DNA of 47,121 nucleotides, taken from Acidobacteriota bacterium (lineage in GTDB: Bacteria > Patescibacteriota > Saccharimonadia > Saccharimonadales > Saccharimonadaceae). The DNA lies in assembly GCA_050258575.1 (NCBI GenBank), contig JBLMYZ010000047.1, positions 1 through 47,121 on the forward strand, written 5' to 3'. Position numbers and translations under genes: made by a program. This document shows positions 1 to 8,576 of the stretch, in pieces; position 1 is the first letter of the stretch, and each line of letters begins with the position of its first letter. The notes beneath the pieces were generated by a model. That model saw nothing but the letters and a program-made list of their open reading frames with translations. It was not told the DNA's origin and did not search any database.

Positions 1-110
1 AAAAAAGCAAAGGGGACGGCTGGTGGTGGCGCGTCTAGCTCTGCTGGACAGGCGGCGCGGCTCAGATTACGCTTTTGTGCTAAAATGGGTTCTAGCGAAT
101 CCAAAAAATC

Positions 111-252
111 GCTCCAAAATGGATTTTTCCGCGACTGAGTCGCCCTCACGGGCGGCTTTTTCTTTGGTTGCGCGGAGCGCCAGCCACGGGTTTTTCAGGG
201 GGGAGATTTGGGATTGCCATGCGCTGAAAGCGCATGATTTTTTATTTGTTAG
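111..252. repeat. Left arm of the imperfect inverted repeat (IR-L)
   Basis: Its reverse complement aligns with 1836-1974. Identical blocks include GCTCCAAAATGGA and TCGCCCTCACGGGCGGC; a near-identical block is AGCGCCAGCCACGGGTTTTTCAGGGGGGAGATTTG(G/A)GATTG. Two short blocks have diverged. Confidence 0.85.
218..250 (+). terminator. Intrinsic-terminator-like hairpin inside IR-L
   Basis: CATGCGC-tgaaa-GCGCATG (218-236) followed by ATTTTTTATTTGTT. Confidence 0.6.
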
Positions 253-288
253 AGCGGCTAAAGCCGCTACACTCCGTGTGCCTCACCG

Positions 289-297
289 TGATATACT
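289..297 (+). promoter_or_regulatory. Extended -10 element (TGaTATACT), candidate recombinase promoter
   Basis: TG at 289-290 and TATACT at 292-297, about 135 nt upstream of the ATG at 432. Confidence 0.35.
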
Positions 298-304
298 GGC
301 AAGT

Positions 305-392
305 GGAATACAAATCAATCGGCAAGACTTTTACTATTTGACCACTCAAATAGCCGTTTCGCACAACTCGGGTTTTGCCTGATTTGTATTCC
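305..392 (+). repeat. Perfect 13-bp inverted repeat with a nested hairpin in the recombinase 5' region
   Basis: GGAATACAAATCA (305-317) pairs with TGATTTGTATTCC (380-392). The pairing extends through ATCGGCAA / TTGCC-t-GAT. An inner hairpin TATTTGA-ccac-TCAAATA lies at 335-352. Confidence 0.8.
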
Positions 393-431
393 AGCGAAGC
401 GGCTTTTTGAGTGCAAGCAAAGGCGGTATAT

Positions 432-2033
432 ATGTTGCCTCGGCTCATCTATTTTTTGTACGTTCGTAAGTCTACGGACGTAGAGGACAAGCAGGTTTTA
501 TCTATTGCGGCGCAAATCGCCGAACTCAAAGAGTTTGCGGCTCGCATGGGCATATATATTGTTGATGTCATTATAGAAAAAGAAACTGCCAAAAAGCCAG
601 GGCGCAAGAAATTTAATAAAATGCTGGAGCGCATAGAAAACGGCGAGGCGAACGGCATTTTGGCATGGATGCCTGACCGACTATCTCGTAACAGCATAGA
701 TAGCGGCAAAATCATCTATATGCTGGACGAGCAGGTACTACTAGACCTCAAGTTTCCGCACTTTTGGTTTGAGAATACACCGCAAGGCAAATATATGCTG
801 GCAAATGAGTTCAATTCATCTAAACAGTATGTAGATAATTTATCGGTGAACACCAAGCGGGGCTTGCGCGAAAAGGTGCGTCGTGGCGAATACCCAAGCA
901 ACGCACCGCTAGGCTACTACAACGACAAGCGCAACAAAACGATAAAGGTAGACAAGCGACAAGCTCCGCTTGTCGTGGGTGCATTTGAGCTATATGCAAA
1001 GAATGAGAGTAGATTTGCGGACATTGCCAAGTATCTTTACGCCAACGGCGTAAAGACCCGAGGCGGCAAGATATATACAACTGAGAAAGTAAAGCATGTG
1101 CTAACTAATCCGTTTTACTACGGACATTTTGTGTATACTGGCGAAGTGCATGAGGGCAAGCATACGCCGCTTATCTCGAAAAAGTTGTTTGACCGAGTGC
1201 AAGCGGTGGTAGCGCAACGGTGTTTTCGAGAGCAAGACCATAGCCGAGAGCCTGCGCCGTATTGCGGACTACTGAAATGCTCGTGCGGTATGATGATTAC
1301 CGCAGAGAACAAGACAAAGCGGCAGAAAAACGGCAATGTGCATAATTATGTGTATTACCGTTGCACTCGCAAGAGCAAAACAGTTGCTTGTGTTGAAAAA
1401 CCTGTGCGGAGCGAACCGCTAGATAGTGAATTGTCTGTATTGCTGGCGCAATTTGCCCTGCCTGACGGCTGGGGCGACTGGTTGCGCCAACGTATAAACG
1501 AAGCGGAACAAAAAGAGCAAACCGAAAGCGGCGTGGCAATGAACGACCTACAAGACGAACTGGCACACCTGTCGGGGAAATTGCAAAGACTTCTTGATAG
1601 TTACCTAGACGAAGTGATAGAGCGCGACGTATACCTTGCCAAGAAGGCCGAGATAATGAGCGAAAAGAAGTCTTTAGAAGAACAAATGAGCGACGTTGCA
1701 GCTGGACAAAGTCGGTGGGTTGAACCTATGAGAATATGGCTGGAAAAGGCGGTTTCTCTCTGTTCTGTCGCTCATGCTGACGACTTCGGCGCAAAAAAGA
1801 GGCTTTTGCGAGAAATCTTTGGGTTGAACCTGTTTTTAACAAACAAAAAAGTCGCCACGAGTGGCGACCAATCTCAAATCTCCCCCCTGAAAAACCCGTG
1901 GCTGGCGCTGCGCGCCGCCACGCAAAAGGCCGCCCGTGAGGGCGACCAAATCGCAATTTTGTCCATTTTGGAGCCCCAAACGGGATTTGAACCCGTGACC
2001 TCATCCTTACCATGGATGCGCTCTACCAACTGA
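432..2033 (+). CDS. Large serine recombinase (resolvase catalytic domain, recombinase domain, Zn-ribbon, coiled coil)
   Basis: N-terminal YVRKSTDVEDKQ (catalytic Ser) and DRLSRN; recombinase domain PLGYY...NPFYYG; Cys cluster CGLLKCSCG...YYRCTRK; heptad-rich C-terminal part. I chose the ATG at 432; the ORF track begins at a GTG at 411. The ORF only stops at 2031-2033, inside the antisense of tRNA-Thr. Confidence 0.9.
   Translation: MLPRLIYFLYVRKSTDVEDKQVLSIAAQIAELKEFAARMGIYIVDVIIEKETAKKPGRKKFNKMLERIENGEANGILAWMPDRLSRNSIDSGKIIYMLDEQVLLDLKFPHFWFENTPQGKYMLANEFNSSKQYVDNLSVNTKRGLREKVRRGEYPSNAPLGYYNDKRNKTIKVDKRQAPLVVGAFELYAKNESRFADIAKYLYANGVKTRGGKIYTTEKVKHVLTNPFYYGHFVYTGEVHEGKHTPLISKKLFDRVQAVVAQRCFREQDHSREPAPYCGLLKCSCGMMITAENKTKRQKNGNVHNYVYYRCTRKSKTVACVEKPVRSEPLDSELSVLLAQFALPDGWGDWLRQRINEAEQKEQTESGVAMNDLQDELAHLSGKLQRLLDSYLDEVIERDVYLAKKAEIMSEKKSLEEQMSDVAAGQSRWVEPMRIWLEKAVSLCSVAHADDFGAKKRLLREIFGLNLFLTNKKVATSGDQSQISPLKNPWLALRAATQKAAREGDQIAILSILEPQTGFEPVTSSLPWMRSTN
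1836..1868 (-). terminator. Intrinsic terminator downstream of tRNA-Thr(GGU), embedded antisense in the recombinase ORF
   Basis: Minus strand: GTCGCCA-ctcg-TGGCGAC (1868-1851) followed by TTTTTTGTTTGTT. Confidence 0.55.
1836..1974. repeat. Right arm of the inverted repeat (IR-R), which is the 3' end of the recombinase ORF
   Basis: See IR-L. Homology ends at ...TCCATTTTGGAGC (1962-1974), which overlaps the GCTCCA 3' end of tRNA-Thr. Confidence 0.85.
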
Positions 2034-2044
2034 GCTATCGGGGC
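1969..2044 (-). tRNA. tRNA-Thr (anticodon GGU), CCA encoded
   Basis: Hand-folded cloverleaf of 76 nt: acceptor GCCCCGA/TTGGGGC, D arm GCTC-AGTTGGTA-GAGC, anticodon arm CATCC-ATGGTAA-GGATG, T arm ACGGG-TTCAAAT-CCCGT, then T-CCA. Confidence 0.9.
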
Positions 2045-2088
2045 GCGCAGTGAGTATTTTAACAGATACCGAGTCTGGTTGTCGAGAG

Positions 2089-2295
2089 CTAGAGTGACAG
2101 GCGTTCACATGCTGGCTGTGAGAGACTGAGGTCAACAGATGACAGGTCGACGTCAAGCTTGTCGAGCAGCGAGCGCTGAGGTGGTTGTACTGGCTGGCGC
2201 GGTGTTGACATGAGTTCGCCGCGTTTTTCATAAAGGTCGGTCAAGTCGAGCAGAAGTTCCTGTATGCTGCCGTCGATTTCCTCAACTTTGTACAC
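2089..2295 (-). CDS. Hypothetical small acidic protein
   Basis: Open frame. A GTG at 2295 lies one nt after the stop of the upstream ORF (TAAcGTG), suggesting translational coupling. The ORF track extends it to a TTG at 2406, overlapping the upstream ORF. Confidence 0.4.
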   Translation of the reverse strand: MYKVEEIDGSIQELLLDLTDLYEKRGELMSTPRQPVQPPQRSLLDKLDVDLSSVDLSLSQPACERLSL

Positions 2296-2296
2296 G

Positions 2297-2596
2297 TTAG
2301 TCAACAACACGGACACGAACCTTTCGGCGGTTAACACGGCCTTGAGTATCAGTACGGCGCGGCGCGGCAGTTGTTTTCGTGCGGGCGTAAAAGCTTGACG
2401 TGTCAAACGTTACATCGTCGATAATCTTTGGCTGCTGACGGCTCGCCAACACAGCGCGCTTGAACTCTGCGCGGGCAATGATTTTGTAGTAGGCGGCTTC
2501 TTCCTCAGGGCTGACATACGGCGCGTTAAATGCAGCCATCGGAAACAGCGTCGGCTCTTGGTTCTCGGAAACCACCTTGTTTGAGAAATGTCCCAT
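2297..2596 (-). CDS. Hypothetical protein with a basic C-terminal tail
   Basis: 99-aa ORF whose ATG at 2596 lies 6 nt downstream of a well-formed promoter. No family recognised. Confidence 0.55.
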   Translation of the reverse strand: MGHFSNKVVSENQEPTLFPMAAFNAPYVSPEEEAAYYKIIARAEFKRAVLASRQQPKIIDDVTFDTSSFYARTKTTAAPRRTDTQGRVNRRKVRVRVVD

Positions 2597-2602
2597 AGCT
2601 CT

Positions 2603-2631
2603 ATATTATCACAGAATTTACGAAACGTCAA
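2603..2631 (-). promoter_or_regulatory. Sigma70-type promoter placing +1 on the ATG at 2596
   Basis: Minus strand: TTGACG (2631-2626), 17 nt, TGaTAATAT (-10 at 2608-2603), agagct, ATG. Confidence 0.6.
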
Positions 2632-2655
2632 TATACTGTGCTACCACAAGCGTTA

Positions 2656-2684
2656 TTGTCTGCTCGTTTGTTTTGTACTAGAAT
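2656..2684 (+). promoter_or_regulatory. Sigma70-type promoter placing +1 on the ATG at 2691
   Basis: TTGTCT (2656-2661), 17 nt, TAGAAT (2679-2684), aggtgc, ATG. Confidence 0.55.
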
Positions 2685-2690
2685 AGGTGC

Positions 2691-4528
<1,838 letters not shown>

Positions 4529-4534
4529 CTAGAC

Positions 4535-4563
4535 TTGACATAGCGCTCGTGCTTTAGTAGACT
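4535..4563 (+). promoter_or_regulatory. Sigma70-type promoter for the LysM-Rpf gene
   Basis: TTGACA (4535-4540), 17 nt, TAGACT (4558-4563). This leaves a leader of about 105 nt ending in GGGAGG-aaact-ATG. Confidence 0.55.
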
Positions 4564-4649
4564 AGTCCCTGCGTCTTTTGGCGAGGTAATGCGAATTGTA
4601 CGATTTTACCTCTGTTATCACCCGCCAGGCGCTATGAAATTGTCGATAA

Positions 4650-5309
<660 letters not shown>

Positions 5310-5331
5310 CCTGCAGCAAGCAACCCCTAAA

Positions 5332-5354
5332 CCCTGCCAATCGGCGGGGTTTTT
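5332..5354 (+). terminator. Intrinsic terminator after the LysM-Rpf gene
   Basis: CCCTGCC-aatc-GGCGGGG (one mismatch) followed by TTTTT. Confidence 0.6.
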
Positions 5355-5402
5355 GGTGGTTATTGTTGCTCCAACAACAGGAATCAGGTATACTGCTTAT
5401 GG

Positions 5403-7175
5403 ATGAAGTACCAGGTGAAAAAAGGGTTAGGGGCAACGCTAAAACGTGGTGGCGTTGAGTTTCGTGTCTGGGCGCCGTTTGCTCGTTCGGTGCATGTTGC
5501 CACGCCATATGTCCCCTTTCATACCGAAAACAAGCAGCAGATGAATCCCGAGAAAAACGGCTATTGGTCGTTGTTTGTACCAGATGTCGAGGCTGGACAG
5601 AGCTACAAATACCTCATCGAAACAGCAAATGGCGAGTGGCTCGAGCGCAATGACCCGCGGGCGCGTGTCTTGACCGACTCTGACCACGGCGCGTCTGTGG
5701 TTGTATCGAACGATTTTGAGTGGGGCGACGATCTGTTTATGCCGCTACCAAAAGAACGCCAGATCATTTACGAGCTTCACGTCGGTACGTTTAACCGGCC
5801 AGATCCGGCAACGCCAGGAACTTTCGCTGATGTTGTTGACAAACTTGACTACCTGCGCGATCTCGGCGTAACAACAATCGAACTCATGCCAGTTACGAGC
5901 ATGGCTGCCAACTCAAATGGCTGGGGGTATGCTCCAAATAGCGTTTTCTCGGTCGAAGCTGCGTACGGCGGCCGGCATGGGCTCATGACGCTGGTGCGCG
6001 AAGCTCATACTCGAGGCATAGGTGTGATTGCTGACCTTGTATATAACCACTTTGGGTCGGGTGATCTCTGGCGATTTGATGGTTGGTACGAACAAGACGG
6101 CGGCGGCATCTACTTTTACAACGACCGGCGCGGTGCAACGCCATGGGGGGCGCGTCCAGACTACGGACGACCAGAGGTTCGGCAATATTTCCTTGACAAT
6201 ATCGTCATGTGGTTTAACGAATATCGCCTCGATGGCATTCGTCTCGACGCGACTGCCTACATGCGCAACATCGAAGGCCATAACGACGACCCGGCGAACG
6301 ATATTGGCGATTCGTGGCAGCTGCTGCAAGATATTTCGCGGCTAGGCCATCATGTCCGACCTGGTGCGCTTATCGTAGCTGAGGACACTTCTGTGAACGA
6401 CTATATCACCCGCTCGGTTGACGAGGGCGGGTGCGGATTTGACGCCCAGTGGGGGCTCAATTATTCGCACGCTATCCGTACGCAAATGGGTCTGCCTGCG
6501 CCCTACCCGACCAGTCTCGAGGCCGAGCTACCCAAGATGTACAATGGTGCAACGTTCCAAAAGATTATTTTTAGCGACTCGCACGACACTGCGGCTAACG
6601 GTAACGCTCGACTGAACACCGAGATGACACCAGACAACCCAGAGAGTATCTGGGCTAGACGGCGTATGCTGCTCGCTGCGACCGCCGTGATGACAGGTAC
6701 GGGTATTCCTATGCTGCTGCAAGGCCAAGAGTTTATTCAGCACGGCGACTTTAACAGCTGGGAAGAGCTAGAATGGCAAAACGCTGAAAAGTTTGCCGGA
6801 ATTATTTTGGCGCATACGCACCTAACAGCGCTTCGTTTGAACGAACGCGGCGTGACCGCCGGACTGCTCGGCAACGGCGTGCATATATTTCACAACGACG
6901 TCACAAACAACGTACTCGCGTACCACCGGTGGGACAAAGGCGGTATTGGCGACGATGTGCTCGTGGTACTAAACTTTGGCGCAACGAAGTTTCCCGACTA
7001 CCAGTTTACGTTCCCAGTGAACGGCACGTACAGCGTCCAGTTCAACTCATCCGTCAAAGAATACGGTCATGACTTCCCCGAAGAAGAACTCACCGAGGTA
7101 ACGACAGATGCGAACGGGGTTGTCCATATGCCTCTTGCCTCGTATGGTGCTTATATTTTTTCCCGAAGCGCCTAA
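5403..7175 (+). CDS. GH13 alpha-glucan-active enzyme with an N-terminal CBM48-like domain (branching-enzyme or TreZ-like)
   Basis: VEFRVWAP..., YELHVGTF, GVTTIELMPV, DLVYNHFG, GIRLDATAYM, IVAEDTS, FSDSHD (GH13 regions I-IV). The exact specificity cannot be told from the sequence alone. Confidence 0.8.
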   Translation: MKYQVKKGLGATLKRGGVEFRVWAPFARSVHVATPYVPFHTENKQQMNPEKNGYWSLFVPDVEAGQSYKYLIETANGEWLERNDPRARVLTDSDHGASVVVSNDFEWGDDLFMPLPKERQIIYELHVGTFNRPDPATPGTFADVVDKLDYLRDLGVTTIELMPVTSMAANSNGWGYAPNSVFSVEAAYGGRHGLMTLVREAHTRGIGVIADLVYNHFGSGDLWRFDGWYEQDGGGIYFYNDRRGATPWGARPDYGRPEVRQYFLDNIVMWFNEYRLDGIRLDATAYMRNIEGHNDDPANDIGDSWQLLQDISRLGHHVRPGALIVAEDTSVNDYITRSVDEGGCGFDAQWGLNYSHAIRTQMGLPAPYPTSLEAELPKMYNGATFQKIIFSDSHDTAANGNARLNTEMTPDNPESIWARRRMLLAATAVMTGTGIPMLLQGQEFIQHGDFNSWEELEWQNAEKFAGIILAHTHLTALRLNERGVTAGLLGNGVHIFHNDVTNNVLAYHRWDKGGIGDDVLVVLNFGATKFPDYQFTFPVNGTYSVQFNSSVKEYGHDFPEEELTEVTTDANGVVHMPLASYGAYIFSRSA

Positions 7176-7194
7176 GCAACATCACCAAAACGTC

Positions 7195-7223
7195 TTCTCA
7201 GCCGTTAGCTCATCTGGTACAAT
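7195..7223 (+). promoter_or_regulatory. Promoter for the tRNA-Thr/tRNA-Tyr pair
   Basis: TTCTCA (7195-7200), 17 nt, TGgTACAAT (-10 at 7218-7223), about 20 nt upstream of the first tRNA. Confidence 0.5.
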
Positions 7224-7244
7224 ATGTGAGCACCTTTTGTTGAT

Positions 7245-7321
7245 GCCGATTTAGCTCAGCTGGTTAGAGCAGCTGTTTTGTAAACAGCAGGTCCTGGGTT
7301 CGAGTCCCTGAATCGGCTCCA
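7245..7321 (+). tRNA. tRNA-Thr (anticodon UGU), CCA encoded
   Basis: Acceptor GCCGATT/AATCGGC, anticodon arm GCTGT-TTTGTAA-ACAGC, T loop TTCGAGT. There is one U-U mismatch in the T stem. Confidence 0.88.
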
Positions 7322-7330
7322 TTTTAACAA

Positions 7331-7416
7331 GCTGGGATAGTGAAGCGGTCAAACACGACAGACTGTAAATCTGTTGGCTTTCGCCTTCGTAGGTTCGAAT
7401 CCTACTCCCAGCACCA
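7331..7416 (+). tRNA. tRNA-Tyr (anticodon GUA), long variable arm, CCA encoded
   Basis: Acceptor GCTGGGA/TCCCAGC, anticodon arm ACAGA-CTGTAAA-TCTGT, variable arm GGCTTTCGCC, T arm TAGG-TTCGAAT-CCTA. Confidence 0.9.
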
Positions 7417-7454
7417 ACTAAAAATAACCCTTTGCGGGTTGTTTTTAGTTGGTG
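7412..7454 (+). terminator. Long hairpin terminator that includes the 3' ACCA of tRNA-Tyr
   Basis: CACCAACTAAAAATAACCC-tttgc-GGGTTGTTTTTAGTTGGTG: 19 bp with one G-U. The inner stem is followed by a T-run. Confidence 0.7.
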
Positions 7455-7493
7455 CCATACAGGCCTCGTTATTTAATCGACCAAATCAGTAGC

Positions 7494-8547
7494 CTAGGAA
7501 ACAATAATATTTTGCGTGTTAGCCACCCAATCGTCAGAGTTGCCAATATTGCCTGCACTGCCAGCGGTATCACTGACTAAACTCTTTAGATTATCATGTG
7601 TGAACTTTCTGTTGGCTTCACGCATTTTTTTGAGTGTTTTTAGCAATTTGACAAACTGACCTATCGTGAGGGGCGCAATTTTCTGCTTACTTACTTTGTA
7701 GCCAACCGTATTTGCAATATGGAAAGTCTCGGCACTGTCAGTATGAATAGCCGGAGCGATAAAAATACAGTAGGCATTGTTATGCGAGTTCTCAAAATCT
7801 CTCAAGTGTCGCATAACTGGCTTCCCCTCGTTAAACCATTGATCACGACCACTTAACATCGTAGCCTCACAAATCATGTTGAAACTATCGTAAAAACACT
7901 CAATATCAGCCATACCGCCAGGAGCGGTCGACGTCGGTTCGTTGTCATCGCCAACTGGGTAATTTGGCTCAATCTCCTTCGCATCGTTCAATGCGTGGTG
8001 GCCCATTGTTGAAAGATATTCAAGCATTAGCACACGATTTTCAAAGTCGAAAATTTTTTCCAACTGCTCAATATATTGAAAGATGTTAGCTATTTTGTCT
8101 ATAGCGTAAATCAAAGATGTTAGTAAATACGATTTTTCTCTGGTGGTGATGATTATTTCTTCAAATAATTTTTCAATATCGTCCCTGATAATACCTATTT
8201 TTTGGCATTCTCTTTGTCGAAATATGTATCTGAAAAATTTTTGGAAAAATAGTTTTCACCATACCTCTTTACGTCAATATTATTGTAGTGCCTCAGGCAT
8301 TCTTTTAGCTTTTCTTCCCTGATATTCTCCTTGCCCAAATATGCAGAGTAGATGTGTGCGTTTGAGTTTAAATGTCGTTAACAATAATCTTCGAGCGGCC
8401 GTAATAGTGGTTAGCGACCGCGCCAGTTCCTGCAAAAATATCAGCGAAAGACTCAAGCTCGATCTGTTCTCTCTCAAGTATGCTATCGATAAATGTAAGT
8501 AGCTTTGTTTTAGACCCGAGGTAGCGCCGTTGGGTTATAGAAATCAT
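7494..8547 (-). pseudogene. Decayed restriction-modification remnant: the N-terminal half of a D12-class N6-adenine methyltransferase (two frameshifts) fused to the C-terminal part of a PD-(D/E)xK, AlwI-like restriction endonuclease
   Basis: From the ATG at 8547: MISITQRRYLGSKTKLLTFIDSIL...FADIFAGTGAVANHYYGRSKIIVNDI* (stop at 8368-8370). The sequence continues in another frame as NSNAHIYSAYLG...ENYFSKNFSDTYFDKENAKK* (stop at 8195-8197). It then continues as (I)GIIRDDIEKL...LLTSLIYAIDKIAN and runs without a DPPY motif into ...GGMADIECFYDSFNMICEATMLSGRDQWFNEGKPVMRHL... (ORF 7494-8114). Both frame breaks are 1-nt losses in homopolymers (T3 at about 8371-8373, A6 at 8198-8203). The region is conspicuously AT-rich. 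Confidence 0.65.
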
Positions 8548-8576
8548 TTTATTTCCAAAAAGTACAGTGTCGTTGG

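Larger units (their letters stand above)
67..282 (-). pseudogene. 3'-terminal fragment of a second, related large serine recombinase gene (open frame, no start codon)
   Basis: The minus-strand frame is open from 282 to 70, with stop TAA at 69-67. It encodes ...LTNKKSCAFSAWQSQISPLKNPWLALRATKEKAAREGDSVAEKSILERFFGFARTHFSTKA. This aligns with the C-terminus of the intact recombinase (LTNKKVATSGDQSQISPLKNPWLALRAATQKAAREGDQIAILSILE...). Homology begins only at LTNKK (252). Confidence 0.6.
67..2044. mobile_element. Serine-recombinase cassette bounded by inverted ~140-bp repeats, abutting tRNA-Thr(GGU) on the right and a degenerate tRNA 3'-end look-alike on the left
   Basis: The recombinase gene, inverted copies of its 3' end (111-252 and 1836-1974), the tRNA junction, and a pseudo T-arm GGGTTCtagcgAATCC at 87-102. 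The window starts at 1, so the left context is not visible. Confidence 0.5.

Noticed and set aside
1-118. Possible tmRNA or complete tRNA ending in GCTCCA at 111-118
   Set aside because: Only a degenerate T-arm-like stretch (GGGTTCtagcgAATCC) and GCTCCA are present. No acceptor, D or anticodon arms can be paired, and the 5' GGGG does not pair with the 3' end.
23-382. 119-aa plus-strand ORF at the window start
   Set aside because: It runs through the inverted-repeat arm and the terminator hairpin. Its composition is not protein-like, and the opposite strand carries the frame that is homologous to the recombinase C-terminus.
305-392. A 62-bp invertible promoter (inverton) between the 13-bp inverted repeats
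   Set aside because: The segment is very short for a recombinase synapse and contains no convincing promoter. An RNA stem-loop or an operator is a simpler reading. I kept it as a low-interest structural observation only.
2089-2596. A single gene with a frameshift (ORFs 2297-2596 and 2089-2406 overlap by 110 nt near a GCCGC GCCGC repeat)
   Set aside because: Removing or adding a 5-nt repeat unit does not restore one frame. A GTG at 2295, one nt after the first ORF's stop (TAAcGTG), gives a clean two-gene solution. A frameshift cannot be fully excluded without homologues.
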